Shown here: in pieces, positions 17,687-26,774 of the stretch
Position numbering within the stretch: position 1 is the first letter of the stretch
Layout: the number at the start of each line of letters is the position of its first letter
NCBI GenBank assembly: GCA_049472315.1
Contig: JBLIRN010000012.1
Location: 11,656 to 75,655 of the forward strand
Direction of reading: 5' to 3'
DNA from: a bacterium
GTDB lineage: Bacteria > SZUA-182 > DTGQ01 > JAFGSM01
DNA: 64,000 bases
Program-made: the position numbers and the translations under genes
Notes under the pieces: model-generated
Databases searched by the model: none
The model's input: only the letters and a program-made list of their open reading frames with translations
What the model was told of the DNA's origin: nothing

Positions 17687-19291
17687 TCACGAGGAGTCAG
17701 GACCCCTTGCAGTATCCGGAAGAAAGTCCTTGTAGGAGAAGGTGGGGAAGACATTGTCCTGCCTTTCGATCCGCAGGAGCCCTTCCTCGTCGATGGCATT
17801 ATCTTCGATCTGGTGAATGAGCCTCCAGAAGCGTCCGATATGCTCCTTGATCCTGCGTGTGGCATATTCGGTAAGGGTTTGATTATGTAAAATAAATGTC
17901 CAGTCACTGCTCTGCGCCAGGAGGAGTTCCCGTCCCGCCTGGTTGAGAGCCCTCTCTTCCAGGTCGCTCCGAAGATCCTGACGGGCCATGTCCTCCATCT
18001 TCTCACCCGCCTTGAACAGATGAGGATACACCCATCCGTTCCTTTCGTTCAGCCACACCTCGTGATGCCCCTTCCACCCCCAGCTCCCCCCCGGAGGCTG
18101 GGCGTGCTGCAGCGGGAAGCCGAGTGACAGGAACGTGCCCGGTGTAACCGGGGAAAAGAATTCCCTGCATTCCGACAGCTTTCGAAACAGGGCCTCCACC
18201 CACAAAGGCCCCTCGAACCACCAGTGTCCGAAGAGTTCAGCATCATAAAAGGCGCACACAACAGGGGGAAACGGCATGGACAGAACGAGGTCCCTGGCAT
18301 GCCGCATTCGATGGGCCAGAAAGTCGTCCGCATGGATGGAAACCTTGCGTGCGGCACTATCAGGATCATATATCTGATGTTCCCCCCCGCGTTGTTCTAT
18401 CCGATGGTATTTCATGCCGGTATGGCAGCGCACGCCCCCGGGAAGATACGGCCTTAGGTAATCCAGGTCCAGATCATACCCTATGTCCCTGTAGAAATCC
18501 CGGTAATCGTAATCACCCGGGTAGCCGTCCAGGGAGCTCCACACCTCTTTTGCGGAATGAACATCCCTGCCGAATGCGACCATTCCCGAAGGGCAGAGAA
18601 CCGGGGCATAGGTCCCGTACTCGGGGGGCGGAGCGGAATCGCATACGGTGTGGGTGTCAAGGAAGGTGTATTCGATCCCCGCTCGGAGGAGAATCCGATC
18701 CAGACCGGGGAAATAGCCGCATTCAGGAAGCCACAGCCCGGCGGGAGAGATCCCGAAGAGCCTGCGATATTCCTTCACCGCCACCGCGATCTGCGCCCTG
18801 ATCCCTGATGCCGTCGGCCTCAAAAGGGGAAGATAGGCATGGGTGGCGGCACAGGTGATGATTTCCAGTATCCCTTCATCCTGATAGGATTTAAACACAT
18901 GAATGAGGTCCCCGTTGCATCGTTCGTCAAAGGTCTCAAGAGCACTGCGATAGTACGATCGGTACATACCGGCAAGGGAGGAGAGTGCGGGTATCTTCGT
19001 GGTGCGTTTGATCTCCTTGCCAGCCAGATCGATCTGACATCGAAGGTAGGAGCGAAGCCGTTCGATGAGCAATGGATTTTCCAACTGTGCAAGGAGAGTC
19101 GGGCTCAGCGAAAGGGTGATCCCCAACGGCACCCCATCGCGGACCAGTCGATCGAATACCTGGATGAGCCGTATATAGCAATCGATCAGCGCCTCATACA
19201 ACCATCGTTGTTCAAGCGTATCCTCGGCGCCGGGATCGAGCACATAGGGCATATGTGCATGCAGGAGCAGGAGAAAATAGGAGGTGTTCAC
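17687..19291 (-). CDS. GH57 1,4-alpha-glucan branching enzyme (DUF1957)
   Basis: HAHMPYV, WLPECGY, DAELFGHWWFEG, AQSSDW. Confidence 0.92.
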   Translation of the reverse strand: MNTSYFLLLLHAHMPYVLDPGAEDTLEQRWLYEALIDCYIRLIQVFDRLVRDGVPLGITLSLSPTLLAQLENPLLIERLRSYLRCQIDLAGKEIKRTTKIPALSSLAGMYRSYYRSALETFDERCNGDLIHVFKSYQDEGILEIITCAATHAYLPLLRPTASGIRAQIAVAVKEYRRLFGISPAGLWLPECGYFPGLDRILLRAGIEYTFLDTHTVCDSAPPPEYGTYAPVLCPSGMVAFGRDVHSAKEVWSSLDGYPGDYDYRDFYRDIGYDLDLDYLRPYLPGGVRCHTGMKYHRIEQRGGEHQIYDPDSAARKVSIHADDFLAHRMRHARDLVLSMPFPPVVCAFYDAELFGHWWFEGPLWVEALFRKLSECREFFSPVTPGTFLSLGFPLQHAQPPGGSWGWKGHHEVWLNERNGWVYPHLFKAGEKMEDMARQDLRSDLEERALNQAGRELLLAQSSDWTFILHNQTLTEYATRRIKEHIGRFWRLIHQIEDNAIDEEGLLRIERQDNVFPTFSYKDFLPDTARGPDSS

Positions 19292-19293
19292 CG

Positions 19294-20013
19294 TTACCGG
19301 TCGGGATCGAGAGTTGATGGCGGGGAAGACATCCCTGATGAAGGGCTGGAGTGCCTCTCCGAGGTGGAGGGATTGAACAGGTGCTCGCCGAAAAGGCCGA
19401 AAAGTCGAAGTGTCCTGAGTGCCTCCTCCGAATAATAGCGCTCGAGCAGAGATTTCCAGGGAGGAAGTCCGGGGCTCGACTCCGTTTTTTCGGGAAGATC
19501 CCGGTAGTATTCAATCACATCCCTTTCCGTTATATATTCCATGAGATGCTGCCTCTGGATTTCCCCCTCTTTCTTCTCCTCCCGCTCCCCTGAAAAAGGC
19601 TCCGCTGCACTGACATCCTCTGCCGATGCCGGCATCGTCACCTGTTCACCGCCAATATCCAGTTTGTTGGAACAACAGATGGAAATGAAGGCCCCGGTTT
19701 CCGGATCCGCATACCCCAATTCCGCGCGGCACGTGGTCACCGGCTTCTCCATGGCGACAAACCAGGTATTGATCAACCCCTGGACGGAGACATCATAGCA
19801 AATCGCCGGTGTTTCGACAGGTGAATCCTTAAAAAGGCAATAGATGCGAAGGAGTAACGCCGGATCCTCGGCGACATGCCCTTCCTTCAGATCGGGTACA
19901 TCTTCAGGGACTATCTGCCACAGCGCATGGAGATGGGAAGGATCCACTTCGAGAAGGTAGAGATACTTCTCTCCGTACTGCATGGGAAAAAATGCCATAT
20001 CTGCTTCCGGCAC
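19294..20013 (-). CDS. DUF4912-like protein
   Basis: YGEKYLYLLEVDPSHLHALW, AELGY, Ser-rich tail; next to the GH57 branching enzyme. Confidence 0.7.
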   Translation of the reverse strand: MPEADMAFFPMQYGEKYLYLLEVDPSHLHALWQIVPEDVPDLKEGHVAEDPALLLRIYCLFKDSPVETPAICYDVSVQGLINTWFVAMEKPVTTCRAELGYADPETGAFISICCSNKLDIGGEQVTMPASAEDVSAAEPFSGEREEKKEGEIQRQHLMEYITERDVIEYYRDLPEKTESSPGLPPWKSLLERYYSEEALRTLRLFGLFGEHLFNPSTSERHSSPSSGMSSPPSTLDPDR

Positions 20014-20077
20014 AAGATTCTCCTTTTTTGTGAGTCCTTGAGGTGCTCAATCAATCAGGGGTGGACAACGGGCCACA

Positions 20078-21283
20078 CTATGCCAGGATATCCGCAATCT
20101 GCCTTAACATGATCCTGGCCGGCTTCGTCTGATCGTAAACCTTCGAGACCCAGGCATCTCCCCAAAAAAGGTAGCAGCTTGTTTCTGCTCTAAGCAACCA
20201 TTCGTGGGCTTGATTCAAAAGGCCCTCCACATGTTCCGGATCGTTCACTTCGTCCCTTCTATCCCCTACCTCTCTTTCCATGCGATGAAAGATTCGACTC
20301 ACCTCACGGATCTCCTCCAATGCCTTCTGCTGTCCAGGAGATTGTGACCATTGAGAGAAATCAAATCCGCTTGTTTGGGCAACATTCCACGCCCCGGTGC
20401 GCACGGAAACGTAATCCCTGGGGGGATTGTCATTGATATAGTCGCTCAGGCGAACCGGCTGGAGAGGAAAGACACCCTCCCGTACCCGTTTCATGTAGGG
20501 GGCAAAAAAATGCCCCCAAAAACCATGATCCTCGTCCATCTGCCGGAACCACCCGCCGTTTTCTCCGTCAGACCAGGTCGTCACCAGAATCGGCCCCTCC
20601 GCTGAAGCGGTCTTGTGGGTGATCTCATTCTCAAACCACTCGGGATCCATTCCGCTTTCCTGGGCATTGCTCACATCACGGTCGCGAGGCACCACCACGA
20701 TCTCGTATCCTTCGTGTCGCGCCAGGTGCGGTGTATGCACCTTCGATGCATCCAATGTCTCCTTGGCCTTATCCCCCTCTTCAGGATGCACATGGACGCT
20801 GTCCACAACGACGTACTCATACCCTGTCTGCCTGAGTGAGGGGATCATCTCCATGCTGAATGCCAATTCCGAAGGCCAAAAGCCGACCGGCTGCACGCCG
20901 AATGTTTCCTTTATCATCATCCTGCCCCGTTCCAGATGGGCATTCCAGTCCTCCTGGGGTATGAGCGGGAACACAGGATGGTAGTACCCCATCCCGATGA
21001 TCTCGATCTGCTCCGTGCTCCGATACTGCTGTAAAACATCCTCCATATCACACATCTCCCGGACTTCCTTCTGGATGTCCGGATCGGTGAGCTGCTCGAG
21101 CAGGACACCGGAGAAGCCTATATTCAAATGAGCCACATCCGGAAAATTGCATACGAATTTCACGGGCCGCGCATAGCACATGATGATTTGCCTGGCCTCC
21201 CACGTATCCTGTTCGATCAGGAGCCGGAGATTCTCCGGAGGCTGATGCATATGAAGCCCAAGTGCATGAGAGATGTCGTTCAT
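20078..21283 (-). CDS. Glycoside hydrolase family 57 protein
   Basis: LHMHQP, YYHPVFP, GFWPSE, WSDGENG, AETSCY; ATGA overlap with the GT4 stop. Confidence 0.88.
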   Translation of the reverse strand: MNDISHALGLHMHQPPENLRLLIEQDTWEARQIIMCYARPVKFVCNFPDVAHLNIGFSGVLLEQLTDPDIQKEVREMCDMEDVLQQYRSTEQIEIIGMGYYHPVFPLIPQEDWNAHLERGRMMIKETFGVQPVGFWPSELAFSMEMIPSLRQTGYEYVVVDSVHVHPEEGDKAKETLDASKVHTPHLARHEGYEIVVVPRDRDVSNAQESGMDPEWFENEITHKTASAEGPILVTTWSDGENGGWFRQMDEDHGFWGHFFAPYMKRVREGVFPLQPVRLSDYINDNPPRDYVSVRTGAWNVAQTSGFDFSQWSQSPGQQKALEEIREVSRIFHRMEREVGDRRDEVNDPEHVEGLLNQAHEWLLRAETSCYLFWGDAWVSKVYDQTKPARIMLRQIADILA

Positions 21284-22437
21284 TTCTGGTATACCTTCAG
21301 GACCTGGTCTGAGATGCTGTTCCATGAAAATGCCGTCTCGGCGGCGATCCTGCCGTTCCTTCCCATCCAGCGCGCATGGTCCATCTCTGCGAGAAGGGAA
21401 CCGATACCCCAGGCGATGGATCCGGGATAGTCATAGATCTTCAATCCGGTTACATCATGCCAGACGAATTCAGCAGGCCCGCCGTTGCTGGTGGCCACCA
21501 CCGGTTTTCCTGCGCTCCAGGCCTCCAGTATCACAATGCCGAACGGTTCGTTACGGCTCGGGACGCACACAAGATCACATGCCTTAAAGAGTTCCTTGAG
21601 CTCCTGTCCGTTTTTGAATCCCAAAAAACGGACGGCATGGGAGATGCCCAGTGCATGGGCCCTTCGCTCCAATCCCATCCTCATATCCCCGTCACCGGCC
21701 ATAACAAATTTCGCATGAGGGTAATGCTGCAACACATAGGGTATCGACTCTATCAAGAGATCCGGCCCCTTTTGATGTACAATGCGGCCCGCGAACAGGA
21801 TGGTGGGATCAAGCGGGCCTATTCCATACCTCTTCTTGATGTCACCGGGATCGATATCTCCGTCGAAGTTGTGGACATTGACACCGTTGTACACAACATC
21901 AACCTTCCAATCAGGAAGACTATACATCCATAGAATTTCATTCTTGAGCGCCTGGGAAACCGCGATGACGTGGTCTGCACAATACGTCCCGTGCCGCTCA
22001 TGATCACGGATGATGGCGGATTGCCCGCCGTAAAAATTGTTTCCACATCTGCCGTACTCGGTCGAATGTATGGTGAGGACCGACCTTTTCCCCCTTCCCG
22101 CCTTAATCCATACGGCTGCATTGGATGCCAGCCAGTCATGGGCATGGAGAATATCGAAGGACCCGACGTGGTCTTCGGTTTGGAAGAAGTGGTAGACGAA
22201 GGAGCGGCACATCTCGTTGATCTCTTCAACAAAATTCCGGTTCAGATTGAATGCGCACCTGTGGTAATGAACGCCGTGGATTACCTCGTATTGAAGCTGG
22301 TTCGCTGCTATTCTGGTAAACACATGGACTTCGTGCCCCTTTCTCTCCATTGCTGCAGCAAGTTCAGTAACGTGGTTACCTACCCCCCCGACACTTATGG
22401 AGTGGAGAGTCTCCCAGGAAAACATGGCAATTCTCAT
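21280..22437 (-). CDS. Glycosyltransferase family 4 (glycogen synthase-like)
   Basis: SWE..VGG, HAHDW, GR..QKG, PSRNEPFGIVILEA. Confidence 0.92.
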   Translation of the reverse strand: MRIAMFSWETLHSISVGGVGNHVTELAAAMERKGHEVHVFTRIAANQLQYEVIHGVHYHRCAFNLNRNFVEEINEMCRSFVYHFFQTEDHVGSFDILHAHDWLASNAAVWIKAGRGKRSVLTIHSTEYGRCGNNFYGGQSAIIRDHERHGTYCADHVIAVSQALKNEILWMYSLPDWKVDVVYNGVNVHNFDGDIDPGDIKKRYGIGPLDPTILFAGRIVHQKGPDLLIESIPYVLQHYPHAKFVMAGDGDMRMGLERRAHALGISHAVRFLGFKNGQELKELFKACDLVCVPSRNEPFGIVILEAWSAGKPVVATSNGGPAEFVWHDVTGLKIYDYPGSIAWGIGSLLAEMDHARWMGRNGRIAAETAFSWNSISDQVLKVYQK

Positions 22438-22498
22438 GGTCTCCCCTTTCACTGAGGCGAAATTGTAGAGGCAAATGCATTATGAAGTGATTGAAATC

Positions 22499-22527
22499 AT
22501 TCTAATGTATACATGAGGGATTGTCAA
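22499..22527 (-). promoter_or_regulatory. Putative sigma70 promoter of the GT4/GH57 operon
   Basis: TTGACA-N17-TAGAAT on the minus strand. Confidence 0.65.
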
Positions 22528-22656
22528 TTACAAACCCATACGCCGCATTGCACGTACCACGATTTTATGCTAAGGTGAAATCAGTTGTATATCACAGGGA
22601 ACAACACCAAGGCAATGCAGACCCTGTGATCGATGGAATCCACCCTATTGCTTTGA

Positions 22657-23226
22657 TTGACAATGAATGAGATAAAAACCGACGTGGTTGAATTCTTTCT
22701 CTTCGCATCCCCCCGTCCCCTCACCATTGCCGAGATAACCGGTATGGTGGGGGACATGGACCATGATCAGGTACAACAGGCAATTGCCGTGCTGCAGGAT
22801 AAATTCTATGGCCCGGACCGGGCCCTCCAGATCTGTGAAGTAGGAGGCGGGTACCAGATCTGCACCAGGCCGGAATTACATTCATGGCTCAAACGCATCA
22901 CCCATTACCAGGTGCGGCGCCGACTTACGCGTGCGGCACTTGAGGTGCTTGCCGTCATCGCATATAAACAGCCGATCACCAGATACGAAATAGACGAGAT
23001 ACGTGGAGTAAACAGCGGCTTTGTCCTAAAGGGCCTCTTGAACAAGAAGTTGATCCGCATTGTCGGCAGGAAGGAGTGCCTCGGGCGTCCCATCGTCTAT
23101 GGAACGGGCAATGAATTCTTGAGCTACTTCGGCCTGAACGACCTCGGGCAATTACCCAAAGACTACGAATTGAAAGAGATCCTGGCCCATGAGGAATCAG
23201 ACGTCAGAAACGATGAGGCTCAATAA
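22657..23226 (+). CDS. scpB: SMC-Scp complex subunit ScpB
   Basis: LFASPRPL, AALEVLAVIAYKQPITR, IRGV, GRPIVYGT. Confidence 0.93.
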   Translation: MTMNEIKTDVVEFFLFASPRPLTIAEITGMVGDMDHDQVQQAIAVLQDKFYGPDRALQICEVGGGYQICTRPELHSWLKRITHYQVRRRLTRAALEVLAVIAYKQPITRYEIDEIRGVNSGFVLKGLLNKKLIRIVGRKECLGRPIVYGTGNEFLSYFGLNDLGQLPKDYELKEILAHEESDVRNDEAQ

Positions 23227-23926
23227 ATATCTCTCCACGCAAGGAATCGGGTCGCGCAGATACTGCGAGTCGCTCATACAAAAGGGCGAGGTTCTGGTGA
23301 ACGGTGAAGTTGCCCATGTTGGCATGAAAATCGACCCCGAGCGGGACCGAATCCACCTTGTCCACGGAGACACCATTAGCCACCATCTTCCCCGGAATCG
23401 TTATCTTGCACTCTACAAACCGAGGGGTTTTCTGACGACCATGGCTGATCCCTTAGGCCGCCCCACAATTCTGAAACTTCTCCCGCCTCTTAAGGAGCGC
23501 ATATATCCGATCGGGCGTTTGGATTTCCACTCAGAGGGTCTGATCCTGATTACCAATGACGGGGATCTTGCCTTTCGCTTGAGCCATCCCGGATCAATGA
23601 TACCCAAGACCTATCTGGTAAAGGTGAAGGGCAAACCCTCTTCACGGTGCCTCGATCAACTAAAAAGGGGTATCCGCCTGAGTGATGGGGTAAGCTCCTT
23701 TGATTCCATCATGGAAATAAAATCCCGGACACGCACGAATACATGGCTCAAGGTAACCATACACATAGGGAAAAACCGTATCATCAGGAGGATGTTTCTC
23801 GCTGTCGGTCATGCGGTCATCAGCCTCACCAGGGTGAGTATTGCCGGTATCACCTTGGAAGGGCTTGCACCCGGGGAATGGCGGTATCTCACCCGCAAGG
23901 AAATGGAGGTGTTGAAGGGATTGTAG
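23189..23926 (+). CDS. rluB: rRNA pseudouridine synthase, RluB/RsuA family
   Basis: S4 domain RLNKYLS..SRR; YKPRG; GRLD catalytic motif; follows scpB. Confidence 0.85.
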   Translation: MRNQTSETMRLNKYLSTQGIGSRRYCESLIQKGEVLVNGEVAHVGMKIDPERDRIHLVHGDTISHHLPRNRYLALYKPRGFLTTMADPLGRPTILKLLPPLKERIYPIGRLDFHSEGLILITNDGDLAFRLSHPGSMIPKTYLVKVKGKPSSRCLDQLKRGIRLSDGVSSFDSIMEIKSRTRTNTWLKVTIHIGKNRIIRRMFLAVGHAVISLTRVSIAGITLEGLAPGEWRYLTRKEMEVLKGL

Positions 23927-24028
23927 GAACACCTCTTTTTGACCTTTGCGATCCGGATCGTTTGCAACCGCCGCAGAAACGCAGGGGAATAGGGTACAAT
24001 GAAACGATGGGCGAAAGGCATATTTACA

Positions 24029-24057
24029 TTGACAAAGGCGTACCTATATGTTATTCT
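24029..24057 (+). promoter_or_regulatory. Putative sigma70 promoter
   Basis: TTGACA-N17-TATTCT with extended TG. Confidence 0.6.
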
Positions 24058-24203
24058 TTTTTCTCAAATTGTTACCGAGATCGATGCAGCATGACAAAAA
24101 TGGGTGTTGAGTGCAACCATTGGACTTGCCTGTGCGATTTCGTTTGGATGACAATTGAGACACTCATTTTCCCTTTTTCGTTTAACATGAGAGGGGTACC
24201 AAT

Positions 24204-25130
24204 ATGAAAAAATTACACAGGGGTACGGGGTATTCATGGCGGACGATAGTGGCTCGAGCATTTGTCTCAATCCTTCTTTCCATCATCATAGGGCTGACAG
24301 GATCCTGCATAGCTGCCCAGGCAGCAGTGTCTACGAAGACCATGTCCATAGAGTACAAATCCGGGAAGGTCTCCGCGGTGCTGAAGGGCGTCCCCGTTAA
24401 AGAGGTATATGAATATCTTGCAGAAAAGACAGGGGTTGAATTCGTTGGTCTCAATGAAATAACCGGAACCATTGAAGATCTTAAATTCGACGACCTTACC
24501 CTTGAAGAGGCCATTCGAGCACTGGGCAAAAACAGCATCCTGATCTTTCGAAAGGAAGGACCTCAAGATGAGGAAATGACCATCAAGAAGGTCATTTTTG
24601 TTGCCCATCAGCAAGAGGAACAACCAACACCACCACCCACCCCGGTGCCACCCCCTCCACCACGGGAATTGACGCCCCCTGCTCCGCCCGCTCCACCTGC
24701 TCCGCCAAGGCCTCCGGCACCTCCCAAGGCCCCTGAAGCACCCCCTGCAGCCCCTGTCACCCCTCCCAGCGTCCGTCAACCCGAGCCACCCCCGCCCCCG
24801 GTGGCAACGCCCGCACCCAAACCTAGGCCGAAGGATGCAAATCTCGAGAAGGGGCTCAAAGCTTTCGAGGAAAAGCGCTGGGACCTAGTAATGAAATATC
24901 TTAAGTTGTACCTGAACAAGAATCCCGGCGATCAGGAAATCCAGCAGAAACTTTCCCAGGCGAATAAGAATTCCGATGAGGCGATCCGGCTTTACAAATC
25001 GGGTAAGGCAGCCCAGGGCTCCGGCAATTTCTCCGAGGCATACGGCAATTACAAGGCAGCCTACGAACTCTATCCCCTCCTGTATGACACCTGGGAGAGA
25101 ATGCGAGCGATGCAGAAAAAGATACAGTGA
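24204..25130 (+). CDS. Exported protein: secretin N0/STN-like domain, Pro-rich linker, TPR-like C-terminus
   Basis: Signal peptide; VPVKEVYEYLAEKTGVEF...LTLEEAIRAL; long PPAP linker; helical C-terminus. Confidence 0.65.
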   Translation: MKKLHRGTGYSWRTIVARAFVSILLSIIIGLTGSCIAAQAAVSTKTMSIEYKSGKVSAVLKGVPVKEVYEYLAEKTGVEFVGLNEITGTIEDLKFDDLTLEEAIRALGKNSILIFRKEGPQDEEMTIKKVIFVAHQQEEQPTPPPTPVPPPPPRELTPPAPPAPPAPPRPPAPPKAPEAPPAAPVTPPSVRQPEPPPPPVATPAPKPRPKDANLEKGLKAFEEKRWDLVMKYLKLYLNKNPGDQEIQQKLSQANKNSDEAIRLYKSGKAAQGSGNFSEAYGNYKAAYELYPLLYDTWERMRAMQKKIQ

Positions 25131-26053
25131 ACCCCCACCATATCCTGATCATAGATGATGACCCCGGCAATAAGGGGGTCTATCGGGATCTTTTAAACAT
25201 CCACGGATTTGAAACCAGGGATTCGGCCACGCCTTCTGAAGCCTTGGCAATCCTGGCTGATCGGGATTTTGGTGCGGTCATTATTGACCTCAGGATGCAC
25301 TCTCAATCCATTATCGAACTCGCATCCATGATAAAGACATCCAATCCATTCTGCTGCGTAATCATACTCACCAATGATACATCCGCATCCTTTGTCAAAA
25401 GCGCCCTCAGGATCGGGGCCGAGGCTTGCCTCATCAAGCCGTTCATCCCCTTTCTTCTCCTGGAAACCATGAAAAGAGGGATCGAAAGGGTGCACCTCCT
25501 GCAGGAAAATGAACGTCTGAACAATGAATTCTCCACCCTGAAGGGAGCCTACGGAATGCTCAAGGACTATTGCAGCCGATTGGAGTCAGGGCTCTCCTGC
25601 GATCCGGCAACCGGTCTGTTACACCCCAGGGCATTAATCGGACGGCTCACATATGAAGTGAGCAGGGCTCAACGACATGAGCATTGGCTCTCTCTCACCC
25701 TTATCCGCGCAGGGATTAAGGCAGATAATACGCAGAATCGGAACGGGATTATGTGCCTGGTGGACCTGTTCAAGAAGGTTATCCGTACAGGGGATATTAT
25801 GGGACACCATGGTGCGGGCCTTGCCCTCATCATGCCCGAAACCGACCTGGAAGGGGCTCATGCATTCAGAAAACGAATAATGGAACGGATTGTCAACGGG
25901 GGCGGAAACGGTGAGGAACCTGCCTCCCCTATGACAATCGATGGTCTTGCCTTCGGCACCTCAACCTATCCGATTGATTCCCATCTACCTAAACGCCTTG
26001 TTCGCATTGCAGCATCCCGTTTGCATACTGAACCGGTCCTGGTGAGACACTAA
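25127..26053 (+). CDS. Response regulator with degenerate GGDEF domain
   Basis: ILIIDDD, IIDLRM, KP receiver; DPATGL, RTGDIMGHHGAG in place of GGDEF. Confidence 0.82.
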   Translation: MNPHHILIIDDDPGNKGVYRDLLNIHGFETRDSATPSEALAILADRDFGAVIIDLRMHSQSIIELASMIKTSNPFCCVIILTNDTSASFVKSALRIGAEACLIKPFIPFLLLETMKRGIERVHLLQENERLNNEFSTLKGAYGMLKDYCSRLESGLSCDPATGLLHPRALIGRLTYEVSRAQRHEHWLSLTLIRAGIKADNTQNRNGIMCLVDLFKKVIRTGDIMGHHGAGLALIMPETDLEGAHAFRKRIMERIVNGGGNGEEPASPMTIDGLAFGTSTYPIDSHLPKRLVRIAASRLHTEPVLVRH

Positions 26054-26089
26054 CTGATCCGGGCATCGGCACCCCATTGGCAGGTCCAT

Positions 26090-26448
26090 CCAAACTTTGT
26101 GAGGCGGAGCGAAGCGAAGCACTATCCAAACCCTTCGAGTTGTAACGAAGCACGACATTAAATCAACCCTCTTTGGGCGAAGCGAAGCACAGCACTAACA
26201 AAACGTTGTCAGGCGCAGCGAAGCGCAGCACTCACCAAACTTCGTCAGGCGGAGCGAAGCGGAGCACTAACCAAACCTTTTGAGCCGAAACAAGGCCCAA
26301 CACTCACCAAAGCTTTTTTGGCCGCAGCGAAGCGCAGCACAAACCAAACTTCGTCAGGCGAAGAGCAGCTACTATGTCGCTTCCTCCAATCACCCAAAGG
26401 CTACGCAACTCTACCAGCCAAACTTCGTTAGGCAGAACGAAATTGAGC
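26090..26448 (+). repeat. Tandem cluster of about nine degenerate 36-bp units (REP-like family, cluster 1)
   Basis: Consensus CCAAACTTYGTCAGGCGSAGCGAAGCGSAGCACTMA, e.g. 26090, 26199, 26235, 26307, 26344. Confidence 0.85.
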
Positions 26449-26582
26449 AAGAAATCCAGTATATGTGATAATTTTTATTGGATATCATAATTTTTTTTCT
26501 CCGGTATGTCATAAATCGTGTAACGAGAAATACGCTCAGCGAATCAGGAGTACCCTCATTCACTTGTTTCCGAATATGTTTC

Positions 26583-26720
26583 ATGGCGTCGATGTTAGGG
26601 ATCGAGCCGCTGATGCCTGATTCGAATGGATTTGGTTCCCGGAATAGTTATTGACTATATGGCGGGCTCTACGGCGGACTGTACGGATTGTACGGCGGGC
26701 TCTACGGCGGCTGGTGGTAA
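26583..26720 (+). pseudogene. Remnant of a YGGL-repeat Gly/Tyr-rich protein
   Basis: Frame reads ...NGFGSRNSY*LYGGLYGGLYGLYGGLYGGWW*; in-frame TGA at 26652-26654. Confidence 0.55.
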
Positions 26721-26774
26721 GGGCATAATCAGCGCATTTGGATAATTCAAAAACGAAGAAAGGCCTGAATTCAT

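Noticed and set aside
26652..26654. TGA as selenocysteine or recoding
   Set aside because: The context predicts Gly (GGA), no SECIS-like element is evident, and TGA is a normal stop throughout the window
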